In this document: one piece after another, positions 48,633-61,558 of the stretch
Layout: the number at the start of each line of letters is the position of its first letter
How positions within the stretch are numbered: position 1 is the first letter of the stretch
Assembly: GCF_018350175.1 (NCBI RefSeq)
Contig: NC_058368.1
Coordinates: 24,554,001 to 24,618,000, forward strand
Source of the DNA: Felis catus
Taxonomy: Eukaryota
Reading direction: 5' to 3'
Length of the DNA stretch: 64,000 nt
The notes under the pieces: model-generated
Told to the model about the DNA's origin: nothing
The model's input: the letters and a program-made list of their open reading frames with translations, nothing else
Databases searched by the model: none
Program-made: the position numbers and the translations under genes

Positions 48633-51600
48633 ATGGTAATAAATTCACATCTTTTAGTATTCACTGTAAATGTCAATGGACTAATGCTCCAATAAAAAGA
48701 CATAGGGTAACAGAATGGATAAGAAAACAAGATCCATCTATATGCTGTTTACAAGAGACCCACTTTAGACCTAAAAACACCTTCAGATTGAAAGTAAGGG
48801 GATGGAGAACCATCTATCATGCTAATAGTCACCAAAAAAAAAAAAAAAAAAGAAAGAAAAAACCAGAGTAGCCATACTTATATCAGACAATCTAGATTTT
48901 AAAATAAAGACTATAATAAGAGATGAAGAAGGGTATTATATCATAATTAAGTGGTCTATCCACCAAGAAGACCTAACAATTGTAAACATTTATGCCCCCA
49001 ACTTAAATATATACTCAATTAATATATATACTCAATTAATCATAAACCCAAATATATACTCAATTAATCATAAACATAAAGAAACTCATTGACAATAATA
49101 TCATAATAGTAGGGAACTTCAACACCCCACTTACAACAATGGACAGATCATCTAAGCCAGAAAATTAATGAGGAAACAATGACTTTGAATGGCACACTGG
49201 ACCAGATGGACATAACAGATATATTCAGAACATTTCATCCTAAAGCAGCAGAATACACATTCTTCTCGAGTGCACATGGAAGGTTCTCCATAGTAGATCA
49301 CATATTGGGAAACAAATCAGCCCTCAACAAGTACAAAAAGATTGAGGTCATACTCTGCCTATTTTCAGAACACAATGCTATGAAACTCAAAATCAACCAC
49401 AAGAAAAATTTTGGAAAGACAACAAATACTTGGAGAACTGCAGACCAATTTCCCTGATGAACAGAAATGCAAAAATCATCGACAAGATACTAACCAACTA
49501 GACCCAACAATACATTAAAAGAATTATTCAACAAAATCAAGTGGGATTTATACCTGTGATGTAAGGCTGGTTTAATATCCTCAAATCAGTCATTGTGATA
49601 CATCACATTAATAAAAGAAAGGACAAGAACCACATGACCCTCTCAATAGATGCAGAGAAAGCATTTAACAAAATACAGCATCCTTTCTTTTTTTTTTTTT
49701 TTAATTTTTTTTTCAACGTTTATTCATTTTTGGGACAGAGAGAGACAGAGCATGAACGGGGGAGGAGCAGAGAGAGAGGGAGACACAGAATCGGAAACAG
49801 GCTCCAGGCTCTGAGCCATCAGCCCAGAGCTCAACGCGGGGCTCGAACTCCCGGACCGCGAGATCGTGACCTGGCTGAAGTCGGACGCTTAACCGACTGC
49901 GCCACCCAGGCGCCCCCATCCTTTCTTGATAAAAACTCTCAAGAAAGTAGGGATAGAAAGATCATACCCCAAGATCATAAAACCCATATACAAAAGACCC
50001 CCTGCTAATATCACCCTCAATGGGGAAGAACTGAGAGCTTTCCCCCTAAGGTCAGGAACATGACAAGGATGTCCACTCTCACCACTGTTATTCAACATAG
50101 TCTTGGAAGTCCCAGCCTCAGTAATCAAACACAAAGGAATAAAAAGCATCCAAATCGGCAAGGAGGGAGTCAAACTTTCACTCTTTGCAGATGACATTAT
50201 ACCCCATATGGAAAACCCAGAAGATTCCACCAAAAAAGCTGCTAGAACTAATCCATGAATTTAGCAGTCACAGGATATAAAATCAGTGCACAGAAATTGG
50301 TTCATTTATATACACCAATAATGAAGCAACAGAAAGATAAATCAAAGAATTGATCCCATTTACAATTGCACCAAACCCCTAAAATACCTAGGAATAAATC
50401 TAACCAAAGAGATGAAAATTCTATACACTGAAAACTATAAAAAGCTTATGAAAGAAATCAAGAAGGCACAAAAAAATGGGAAAATATTCCCATGCTCATG
50501 GATTAGAAGAACAAATATTGTTAAAATGTCGACACTACCTAAAGCAATCTATATATTTAATACAATTCCTATAAAAATAACACCAGCATTCTTCGCAGAG
50601 CTAGAACAAACAATCCTAAAATTTGTGTAGAACCAGAAAAGACCCTGAATAGCCAAAGAAATCCTGAAAAAGAAAACCAAAACTGGAGGCATCACAATCC
50701 TGGACTTCCAGATATATTACAAAGCTATAATCATCAAGACAGTATGGTACTGGTACAAAACAGACACATAGATCAAGGGAACAGAATAGAGAACCCAGAT
50801 ATGAACCCAAAAATGTATGGCCAACTAATCTTTGACAAAGCAGGAAAGAATATCCAATGGAATAAAGACAGTCTCTTCAGCAAGTGGTGCTGGGAAAACT
50901 GGATGGTGACATGCAGAAAAATGAACCTGGACCACTTTCTTACACCACACACAAAAATAAACTCAAAATGGATGAGAGACCTCAATGTAAGACAGGAAGC
51001 CATCAAAATCCTCCAAGAGAAAGCAGGCAAAAACCTCTTTGTCCTCAGCCACAGCAACTTGTTATTCAACATGTCTCTGGAGGCAAGGAAAACAAAAGCC
51101 AAAATGAACTATTGGGACTTCATCAAGATAAAAAGCTTCTACACAGTAAAGGAAATAATGAACAAAACTAAAAGACAACCAACGGAATGGGAGAAGATAT
51201 ATGCAAATGACTTATCAGATAAATGGTTAGTATCCAAAATCTATAAAGAACTTATCAAAAATTCTACACCCAAAAAACAAATAATGCAGTGAAGAAATGG
51301 GCAAAAGACATGAATAGACACTTTTCAAAAGAAGACAGCCAGATGGCTAACAGACACATGAAAAAAATGCTCCACATCACTCATCATCAGGGAAATACAA
51401 GTCAAAACCACAATGAGATACCACCTCACACCAGTTAGAAAGGCTAAAAGTAACAACTCAGGCAACAGATGTTGGCGAGGATGTGAAGAGAGAGGACCTC
51501 TTTTGTGTTGCTGGTGGGAATGCAAACTGGGGCAGCCACTCTGGAAAACAGTATAGAGGTTCCTCAAAAAATTACAAATAGAACTACCCTACGACCCAGC

Positions 51601-51800
51601 AATTGCACTACTAGGTATTTATCCAGGGAATACAGGTGTGCTGTTTCGAAGGGGCACAGGCACCCCAATATTTATAGCAGCGTTATTGACAATAGCCAAA
51701 GTATGGAAAGAGCCCAAATGTTCATCCAAGATGACCAGATAAAAAAGATGTGGTATTTATATATATACAATGGAGTATTACTCGGCAATCAAAAATAATG
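48633..51800 (+). pseudogene. L1 ORF2 remnant
   Basis: Endonuclease motifs (NVNGL, CCLQETH, YTFFSSAHG), RT motifs ([28 protein letters not shown]), C-terminal YGQLIFDK/WCWENW. Disrupted by a deletion, a SINE and frameshifts. Confidence 0.9.
49690..49916 (-). mobile_element. SINEC_Fc inserted in the L1 RT region
   Basis: TSD catcctttctt (49679-49689 / 49917-49927). Confidence 0.95.
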
Positions 51801-52127
51801 AAATCTTGCCATTTACAACGACGGAACGGGAGGTATTATGTTAAGTGAAACTAGTCAGAGAAAGACAAATATATGTCTTCACTCATATGTGGAATTTAAG
51901 ACACAGAACAGATGAACATAAGGGAAGGGAAGCAAAAATAATATAAAAACAGGGAGGGGGACAAAACATAAAAGACCCTTATAAAGAACAAACTGAGGGT
52001 TGCTGGAGGGGCTGTGGGTGGGGGGATGGGCTAAATGGGTAAGAGGCATTAAGGAAGACAGTTGTTGGGATGAGCACTGGGTGTGATATGTAGGGGTGAA
52101 TCACTGGAGTCTATTCCTGAAATTATT

Positions 52128-52346
52128 TTTTTTTAATTTTTTTTTAACGTTTATTTATTTTTGAGACAGAGAGAGACAGAGCATGAACGGGGGAGGGTCA
52201 GAGAGAGGGAGACACAGAATCTGAAACAGGCTCCAGGCTCCGAGCTGTCAGCACAGAGCCTGACGCGGGGCTCGAACTCACGGACCGCGAGATCATGACC
52301 TGAGCCGAAGTCGGCCGCCCAACCAACTGAGCCACCCAGGCGCCCC
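52128..52346 (-). mobile_element. Can-SINE inserted in the L1 3'UTR
   Basis: TSD tattcctgaaattatt (52112-52127 / 52347-52362). Confidence 0.95.
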
Positions 52347-52719
52347 TATTCCTGAAATTATTATTGCACTATATGCTAACTAACTTGGATATAAACTTAA
52401 AAAATAAATAAAAAAAAGTAAACCATTGCAGTTCACTGCATAGATTCCAAATAAGTAGTAGCCTTTATTTCATACTGAGAATTACACATAATAGTCCATT
52501 ATCTCCTTACAACATACTTATGGACTTTACTTTGAGAGACATCTGTCTTTCTGTGATCCGGGTACAGTTAATACAGATAGAAGTGCTTTGTAAATTATAC
52601 AATTCTGTATAAATGTTAGTTATTTCTCTTTCTTAAGTCTTTTATTTGAGTATAGTTGACACATCATGTTATACTAATTTCGGGTGTACAATATAGTGAT
52701 TCAACACTTCATTTTTTCT

Positions 52720-53515
52720 TACTCATTGCTGGTGGGACTTCAAAAGGTACAGCCACTTTGGGAGGCAGTTCGGCAGTTTTATAAAACTAAACATACTCTT
52801 ACCATGTGATGCAGAAATTGTACTAAGCGTTTGTAGAAATGAGTTGAAAATGTAAGTCCACACAGAAACCTGCACCTGAATGTTCATGGCTGCTTTATTC
52901 AAAACTACCAAAACTTGGAAACAACCCAAGATGTCCTTCGGTAGGTGAATAGATACACAAGCAGTGGTGCATCCAGACAACGGAATTTGATTCAGTGAGA
53001 GCAAAAATGAGCTTTCAAGCTACAGAAAGACCTGAAGGAAATTTAAGTGCATATTGGTCAGCAAAAGCCACTCTGAAAAGGCTGCAGACGGTATGATTCC
53101 AGCTATCTGACATTCTGGAAGGAGGTGAAACTGTGGAGACAGTAAATAGAGCAGGGGTTGCCAGGGGGTGGGGGGCAGGAGGGAGGGGTGACGAAGAGGA
53201 ACACCAAGGGTTTTCAGGGCAGTGAAAGTATTCTGTGCGGTAGTGTAATGTGGGACACATGCCATTATACAACTGTCCAAAGCCATAGAATATACAACAC
53301 AAAGAGTGAAAGCTAAGGTAAATTATGGACTTAGGTTAATACTAACATATCAATATTGGCTTAAGAAATGTAACACAGGTACTATACTAATGCAAGATGT
53401 TAATAACAGGGGAAACAAGGTGTGCAGGCAAGAGGGTATATGGGAACTTTCATATTCTCTACTCAGCCTGTCTATAAACCTAAAACTGTGCCCCCCAAAA
53501 TCCATTAATTTTTAA
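52720..53515 (+). mobile_element. Old L1 (L1MC-like) ORF2 end and 3'UTR
   Basis: cattgctggtggga...tacagccactttgg...gtccacacagaaacctgcac...ttttcagggcagtgaaa...gtaaattatggactt. Confidence 0.8.
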
Positions 53516-53580
53516 CAATTAGTTATTTCCTTGTATTTGCTGTGTGATCTTGGGCAAGGTCTTTAAATTCTGTAAGCCTT

Positions 53581-53790
53581 GGGGCGCCTGAGTGGCTCAG
53601 TCAGTTAAGTGTCTGACTTCGACTCAGGTCATGATCTCATAGATCGTGAGTTCAAGCCCCGCATCGGGCTCTGTGCTGATGGCTCAGAGCCTGGAGCCTG
53701 CTTCGGATTCTCTGTCTCCCTCGCTCCCTGCCCCTCCCCCCGCTCTCACTGTCTCTCTCTCTCTCTCTCTCAAAATAAACATTAAAATTA
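53581..53790 (+). mobile_element. Can-SINE inserted in a MIR
   Basis: TSD aattctgtaa(g/a)cctt. Confidence 0.9.
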
Positions 53791-54948
53791 ATTCAATAAC
53801 TAATGAATTAATTCTGTAAACCTTCATATCCTTCTCTGTAAATGGATGTAAATGAAGGATTTCCCTGCAGCGTTGTGTAGAGAATAGGAGCTGTAGCACA
53901 GGGCCCGGCAGCATTTAATGATATTCAGCAGGTGGATTCACCTGTACTGGTTGTTCAAATAGGCAACACTTCCATACCAGCTGCCCTGAACATACTCCCC
54001 ACCTCTTCCCCCCAGAAACACCCACATCACCTGCCAGGCTCCTCCCCCTAGATTCCTCACACTTCCCTGTGACCCACCAAATACAGGGTTAGTGCCCAGT
54101 GTGGCGACAGGCCTCAGGGATCCTACGGCAGGTATGATACAGTGACAGTCCTCACCACACCATACTGTCTATGAAATGCTTTGTATCATTCCTGGTACCT
54201 AATGAGTAGGACGCCCTGAAGGACTGTTAGCTACTTTTATTAACATAACTATTTCTACTATTTGAATTTGATGCTCTGAGCACAGTTTTGTTTTTATCAA
54301 AAAATGGCAATAGCAAAAAAAAAAAGTGGCAATAGCATACGACTATTAAAGGAATGTGTGTGCCTTAAAGGAATGTTGTTGTTGTTGTTTTTAACTATGG
54401 AAAAGCACACAGAGTAGAAGCTTTTTATGCCAGTTTGTAGCCTGGGCTCAAAATGCATGCTGCAAACATTTAACTGCAGGAGGATGAAAAGCAAGGCAGT
54501 CGGCTGATATAATCATATTCCATAATTGCTTTAGGCTTAGCGTAGCATCCAAGAGTTATTGTGCAATTACTACAAATGAAAACCCTCTTGATCAATTGAC
54601 GTAAGTGTATAGCACCATATCTAATTTGGATGCCTCCTCTCAGGTAGAACCCAGATGCTTCCATCACCAAGAAATAATAAGAGATCGATTGGAGCTTGGG
54701 ACTTCCAAGAGAAACATGAAAAGGGGGAGGTGAACCATTATTGGAGAAATTTGATTATCTGAACTAGATTATCCTATCTAAGAGGTGTGGACTATGCTTT
54801 TCTCTCAAGAACAGCTTATTCAGCCCATGTTTTTGAGTCTGTACAACTATGTGAATTGTCCCTTCCACATTGTCTGTGCTGCCATTGGGAGGGAGGAAGA
54901 GGAAGTGAGCATTGGACAATACTGTCAGCAAAACAATGGGACAGTTTT

Positions 54949-55173
54949 TTTTTAAAAAAGCATTTTTTTTAACGTTTATTCATTTTTGAGACAGAGAGAG
55001 ACAGAGCATGAATGGGGGAAGGTCAGAGAGAGAGGGAGACACAGAATCTGAAACAGGCTCCAGGCTCTGAGCTGTCAGCACAGAGCCCGATGCGGGGCTC
55101 GAACTCACGGACTGCGAGATCGTGACCTGAGCCGAAGTCGGACACCCAACCAACTGAGCCACCCAGGCGCCCC
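54949..55173 (-). mobile_element. Can-SINE
   Basis: TSD aacaatgggacagtttt. Confidence 0.95.
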
Positions 55174-56183
55174 AACAATGGGACAGTTTTACTCGACTTC
55201 CCATGCCGGCATTATAGTAATCAAAGTATTCTCTTCATTCCTAAAAAGTAGGGAGAGGACACTTTTTCTGGTTACATTAGAAAATAATCCACCCTGAAGG
55301 TCAAATCCAATTGAATCCACTCTTCGTTCTAGGAGATCAGCTGTAGCAAGAGGGGGAGGGGCCCAGCTGAGAATGTCACAGGGTAGCTCACCCAGAAAGG
55401 CTGGCTTCAGGCTGGCCTGTCCTTAGGGGTCCCATATAGCCACCGCCAACAGCAGTGATATCGTCACTTCGCCCCTGCGTACCATTTGTGTGACTCTGTC
55501 AGACAAAGTGATTTAGCTTTCTTCACCCCTGCTTTCCAACCGGCTGCCAGAAACCCATCAAGGAAGAGAGCAGAACAAAGGCCTTTTCAGGACACCATCT
55601 ATCTGTTTCCAGAGCCCATTAGAGTTTCAGGGTTGGGGTGGGAGGAGTAGAGGTAGTAATTTTTTTTCCTATTAGGTCTACATATGGAGAAAGACACACA
55701 GAGGTGCGGACTCGGAAACAGTGCGATGACACAACTGTGTTCTTCCCCCGGTCCCTCTGCCTGCACAGCAGCCATGCCCTGGCTTCTGGTCCAGCTCTCC
55801 TCCCCAATCCCGGTTTGCCTGGGACTGCACCGTATTCTCCCCATCACTCTCTCATGACCTTCACTCAGGCTATCAGTGGGGTATTTTGTTCTAGTTTCAA
55901 AGCTGGTACTGACACTCACTCTTGAGTAAATAGACTGCCTTCCAGGAGAGCCGGGAAAAGCCCTATTACATCCTGACCCATTATTTGTTTGTGTGAATTT
56001 GTTTTGTTTTGTTTCTTTCTTCTCAACTGCAAGCATCATCCGTCCTTCTCTAATATGCCTGTTGAATAGGCTTCTGCTGAAAGGGACTTTGTTCTAATAT
56101 GATCCTAAACAATGGAACAGAGTCAGCAAGTGCATTGTCAATACTGTGTTCATAGCTCTCTTTGGAAGAAGCCATGCTAGTTT

Positions 56184-56184
<1 letters not shown>

Positions 56185-56220
<36 letters not shown>
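56185..56220. repeat. (GT)18 STR
   Basis: Read directly from the sequence. Confidence 0.95.
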
Positions 56221-56221
<1 letters not shown>

Positions 56222-56262
56222 CATGTGACTTAGCAAAGGTAACTGTTTAAAATATATTTTAA

Positions 56263-56465
56263 TGGGCGGCTTGGTTAAGTGTCCAACTCTTGATTTCAGC
56301 TCAGGTCATGATCTCATGGTCCATGAGTTCAAGCCCCACATTAGGCTCTGCTCTGACAGCACAGAGCCTGCTTAGGATTCCCTGTCTCCCCCCCCTCTCT
56401 CTGCCTCTTTTTCCCCTCTCTCTGTCTCTCTCTCTCTCTTTCTCTCTCAAAAATAAATAAAGAAG
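56263..56465 (+). mobile_element. Older Can-SINE
   Basis: Degenerate head, CT tract, AATAAA tail. Confidence 0.85.
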
Positions 56466-56524
56466 CCTTTTAAAAAATGTTTACTCTGAATCTAATCAAG
56501 CCTGTTTAGAAGATACAGAGTCTA

Positions 56525-56655
56525 GGGGTATTTGGGTGGCCCAGTCGGTTAAGCGTCTGACTCCGGCTCAGGTCGTGATCTCAGGGTTCATGAGTTCAAG
56601 CCCCATCTCGGGCTCTGTGCTGACAGCTCAGAGCCTGGAGCCTGCTTCTAATTCT

Positions 56656-56692
<37 letters not shown>

Positions 56693-56759
56693 GTCCTTCC
56701 CTGCTCACACTCTGTCTCTGTTTCTCAAAAATAAATAAATGTTAAAAAAATTTTTTTTT
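56525..56759 (+). mobile_element. Can-SINE
   Basis: TSD aaga(t/c)acagagtcta. Confidence 0.9.
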
Positions 56760-57670
56760 GCAAGACACAGAGTCTAGAAGAGTAAGATAAAGTGCACCAT
56801 GAAGAGATAATCAGACACGTCCAGGCCAAAAGCATGGCTCGATGCTTTCAGAAGATCAAAATGATTTTCAAAATAACAAAACTAATTTCCAGAAGCCTAA
56901 GATGTGAAAAATCTTATGGAGGGATTGTTTTCTACAATAAAAGAGACTAGAGAGTCATAGTAACAAAATGTGACTTGTGATGCGTGATTAGGTTCTGATT
57001 TGAAGGGGAAAATGCAGCAATAAATGACATTCTCAGGACAACTGAGACATTTAAATATGAAATAGGGATTAGGAAATCATTATTAATTTTCTCGACATGA
57101 TCATGTCATTGTGGTTATATTGGAAATTGTATTTTGAGGACACGGATATCCAAATATTTAAGGTGAAGTGTAACGATGTCTGCAACTTGGTTTCACAGGA
57201 TTCAGCCGCAATAAAGAACACAGTACAAACAATGATGTATATACATGGTATGTGTAGGTAAGTTTTGTTTTGTTTTGTTTTTTATTCTTGAGAGATGGAG
57301 ACAGAGCATGAACAGGGGAGGGGCAGAGAGAGAGGGAGACACAGAATCTGAAACAGGCTCCAGGCTCCGAGCTGTCAGCACAGAGCCCGATGCCGGGCTC
57401 GAACTCATGAACCACGAGATCATGACCTGAGCCGAAGCCGGACGCTTAACCGACTGACCCACCCAGGCACCCCTTTGGTATGTGTATATAAATATAGTGT
57501 ACGTATATATACACATAAATACATGTATAATCATACACATACACACAAACGTGCATGAATGGGTAAATATTAGCAATTATTGAATCTAAGTGGATATTTT
57601 GGTGTTCTTTCTACTATTTTTTCAATTTTTATGTTTATTTAAAAATCCTTCATAATAAAAAATTGAGGAG
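56760..57670 (+). mobile_element. Old L1 (L1MC4/5-like) 3'UTR, interrupted by a SINE
   Basis: gacattctcaggacaactga...attgtggttatat...atgtctgcaact...tgaatctaagtgga...cataataaaa. Confidence 0.6.
57263..57473 (-). mobile_element. Can-SINE
   Basis: Flanking repeat tggtatgtgta; (GTTTT)n tail. Confidence 0.9.
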
Positions 57671-58306
57671 GGAAATAAAATCATTTTCTGGAGTGTCCAA
57701 AATTTTTCATTGAGATTTTGATTTGAACTGCGTGAAACCAACATATTATTTTGGGAATAATTAGCACATTTATAGAACTTAGTGTTCCTTTCCAGGAACA
57801 TGCCACTCCTCCATTTATTCAGGTTTTCTTTTTACATCTCTCCCTAAATTATGTTTAGTTTTTTTTTTTTTTGGAGGTCTCATATTCATAAGCTTGATCG
57901 TAATGACAAATGACACTCATTTGTGTTTTTGTTTGGTGGTTTGCATTCGCATCTCAGAGGCTAAAGCTAAAGGGAACTCCAAAGACTGGCTTGTGACTCA
58001 CTTGCTGTCCACAATATCTTGCAGTCAAAACCACCTTACGTGTTTGATGGGACGCAGAAAAGAATGGAAGGGGGAAAACAGGTCCCCACGCTCCACGTGG
58101 CTTTAGTCTTCCACGCTCGTCTTTCCTTGGGAACTCGGTACCATGTTATTACACGAGCCCACTGCACTCCCTGCCAGTTCTCTCATGTCCTCGGTGGAGG
58201 TTTGGGGCTCGAAGCTGTTGCCTCGTCTCTCCTCCAGATTCCAAACCAAATTTTAAAAAGAGACAAGAAGCCACACTTAGCGGCAATACAACAACAGCTG
58301 CATTTC

Positions 58307-58535
58307 TTTCTTTCTTTTTTTTTTTTTTAATTTTTTAATGTCTATTTATTTTTGAGAGAGAAACAGAGCACAAGCAGAGGAGGGGCAAAGAGAAAGGGAG
58401 ACACAGAATCCGAAGCAGGCTCCAGGCTCGGAGCAATCAGCACAGGGCCCTACACGGGGCTGGAACTCACGGACCGTGGGATCATGACCTGAGCTGAAGT
58501 CAGGCGCTTAACCGACTGAGCCACCCAGGCGCCCC
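58307..58535 (-). mobile_element. Can-SINE
   Basis: TSD caacagctg(c/t)atttc. Confidence 0.9.
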
Positions 58536-59752
58536 TCAACAGCTGTATTTCAAGTACAGCTGGTGTCTTAGAGATTGTGGCTTAACCCAAGGCTAACCCT
58601 GAGCCTCCTATTCTCCCTGACCAATTCACCCGTCACAAGTCAAATAGCAGAGGACTCAGGGCTCCCCTTGCAAGGTGGGAAAGCCCTCTGTTGAGCTCCC
58701 TGAGGAGGAGATGAGGGGCAGACCTTCTCTGTTTGCCGGCAGATAAACGAGACGGAGCCAGTATTCCACCATTTCTATCGGTGTCTGACACCGTGGAGAG
58801 GAGCCAGTGAGAGGCAAGCCTCCTTTCAATTCTCCCAGAGAGCTGAGGGGCTGGGAGAAATTCCTCAGCATCTGGAGAGGCCAGGAGTTTCCACTCTACA
58901 GTCAAGATGGAGAGCCCTGGGAAAAAATGAAAAGAAACCCCCTTCCTTCCTGAATGAGGTTTCATTCACATACTTTCCTTCTTGGCTGACTGGTCCTCTG
59001 GCAGAGGGACTGCTGAGCCCCTTGAGAAGAAGCGCCTACAGGGGGGGAAATACTTGGATGAGCCATGTGTGAAGACGTAATGTGGAACAGAAATGAAATC
59101 AAGCCATATTTTAATGTACCTGGCACCATTAGAAGGCATTAGCCTTCTACATTGTCGTCTCCGTATTAAAGTCTGCCTGTAAAGATAACACAGAGAAATA
59201 GAAGGATTCAGAAAAGCCTGGAAGTGAGGCTCAGGTTTGTCTCAACCTCACTGAAATGCTATCTGGCTGTTTCAGCTAAAATGTAATTAAATGGGTAATC
59301 ATTGTGATGAAAGCCAGGCATGTGAAATGAATATCAACTGAACAGGATCGTGAACTTAAAATAGCATGAGAAAGCCAAATAGATTTTTATCCTGAAAAAT
59401 TATCTACCCTCCCCCTGGTTTTTGCCCGCCATTTTTATTTCAGGAAGAGGAGAGGTGTGTATGGGGGGAATAAGGGGGAAATAAGGAGGAAAGGCTCTAC
59501 CCAGGAGATTCAATTTAGCCTAAGGAACAATACAACTATGAAAACACAGTTCTAAGTTCTTAAAACCCCTAACAAAACCTTGGATGAAATGAGTCAACAA
59601 ATGATTCATCGAAGGAGCCCCTTTGTCTCCCAAGAGTCTGGAAGAATAAAAATTGCAAAATTGAATTAGTTAGGGCCTTTAAGGATCCACCAAAGAAAAA
59701 GACTTAAGCACGTACATAACAGTTGGTGAATATAATTTCATAATAAAAGTGT

Positions 59753-60517
59753 TGTGATGGCTAATTTTTTTTTTAATTTTTTTTTCAACGTTTATTTATT
59801 TTTGGGACAGAGAGAGACAGAGCATGAACGGGGGAGGGGCAGAGAGAGAGGGAGACACAGAATCGGAAACAGGCTCCAGGCTCCGAGCCATCAGCCCAGA
59901 GCCTGACGCGGGGCTGGAACTCACAGACCTCGAGATCGTGACCTGGCTGAAGTCGGACGCTTAACCGACTGCGCCACGCAGGCGCCCCGTGATGGCTAAT
60001 TTTATGTGCCAGCTTGACTGGGCCTCAAGGTGCCTGGACATTTGGCCAAACGTTATTCTGGGTGTGTCTGCGCAGGTGTTTCTGGAGGACGTTAATACTG
60101 GAATTGGTAGACTGAGTAAAGCAGATGGTTCTCCCTGATGTGGGTGGGTCTCGTCCAATCAGTTGAAGGCCTGGAGAAGACAGAGAGACTGACCCTCCTG
60201 TGAGTAAGAGACAGTTCCTCCTGCCTGGCAGCCTTGAACTGAGACATGGGGTTTTTTTTCTGGCCTTCAGAATTGAAACCCACCATTAGCTTTCCTGGTC
60301 TCAGGCCTTCAGATGTGGACTAGAGCCTTATCATCAGCTCTGCTGAATCTCTGCCTTGCTAACTGCCAAGCTTGGGACTTGTCAGCCTCTATAATCACCT
60401 GAGCCAATTCCTTACAATAAATCTCTCTCTCTCTCTCTTTCTTTCTCTATCTCGCCACCCAGCTATCATCTAGCTACACTACGGGCTCTGTTTCTCTGGA
60501 GAACCCTGGCTAATACA
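59753..60517 (+). mobile_element. MLT2B-like ERVL solo LTR with a SINE in its 5' end
   Basis: TG...CA termini: tgtgatggctaattttatgtgccagcttgactggg ... ctgtttctctggagaaccctggctaataca; AATAAA followed by a (TC)n tract. Confidence 0.85.
59769..59988 (-). mobile_element. SINEC_Fc inside the MLT2 LTR
   Basis: TSD gtgatggctaatttt (59754-59768 / 59989-60003). Confidence 0.95.
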
Positions 60518-61558
60518 GGTTTGCATTGGTCTCTGTGTCCATTAGGTCTCTATTGGCAAGTGACAGAAAACTATACCTAAATTGCCTTCCACAAATGGAA
60601 ATTCCATAGGTACGTGGCTTGGTTTTAAGCCTTGTTTTCTACACGCGTTCAAGTAATGACATCAGAATCAACTTTCCCGACGTCTCCGTTCGTCAGTTTT
60701 GCATTCTCTGAGTAGGTGCGATTCTCACACCGACTCTTCTCTACTGGGCACAAGGTGGCTCTTCTAAATTCTCATGTGAGGAGGAGGTGAGACGGGAAGT
60801 AAGTTGTCTGTCATCTGAAGCAAAAGCTTCGATGGTTTTATTTCGCCTCACTAGTTCCCGTTGGCTCACACGCACACCTCTGTATACGGCCAAGCAAAAC
60901 TGATACCGTTGGGGGGGTGCGTGGCCCCGAGTATCTGAAATGCACCTGCTGGGTGTGCCAGACTGCAGCGTCTGTCCTTCCTCTCCTGAGCAGCTCTGGA
61001 GCTAGTCACGTGGGCAACTGAGTAGGTCAAGGACCCCCAGTTTGCCTGTGGTTCTCATGGCGGGGGGGGGGGTGCAGAGAAAAGACTTACTTGCTGGCAA
61101 CAGTGCTCCCTGCTTGCTCAAAACGTACTGGGCCCAGGGCTCTGAATTTCTGTGCTGTAGCACAACCCACTACATGTGCAGGCGTCATCTGTCCCTTTTT
61201 GCCACCCTGTGGCATTGGACCTCGGGAGAGCAGAGCAAATAGCTATTGCCGACACTTTAGCTATTGCTTTGGCTGCGAGTAATAGTTTTGTGCGTGTGCG
61301 TGTGCAGGGTAAAATCTCGAGGCCTTTCTGATTCTTGACGGAAGTGCCGATTGACTTCTAAACCTCCATAGCCCATCTCCACCTGGGACACGTTGACTGA
61401 GATGGAGAGGAGCAGGTCTCCCAGAGGAAGACTGGGCACAGATACCAGAAGAAGGGCAAAAAGGTGGCGGGCAGGCGAAAATATTGGGAATTCTACCAAC
61501 TCGCCCACATGTGCCCGGCCTCCCCGCGTCCATCTCTATTTAAGAGGCAGTATGTCTT

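Larger units (their letters stand above)
45975..52418 (+). mobile_element. Carnivore LINE-1 with intact 5' end; inactive and internally deleted
   Basis: 5' end ggggaggggccaagat; ORF1 remnant from ~47674; ORF2 remnant from ~48633 (endonuclease, RT and C-terminal fragments, e.g. ORFs 49179, 50412, 50744); G-rich 3'UTR and A tail; degenerate TSD aaagaaactatttca (45960-45974) / aaagtaaaccattgca (52415-52430); many stops and frameshifts. Confidence 0.95.

Noticed and set aside
50744..51292. 182-aa ORF and neighbouring ORFs as a functional gene
   Set aside because: These are fragments of a frameshifted, deleted L1 ORF2.
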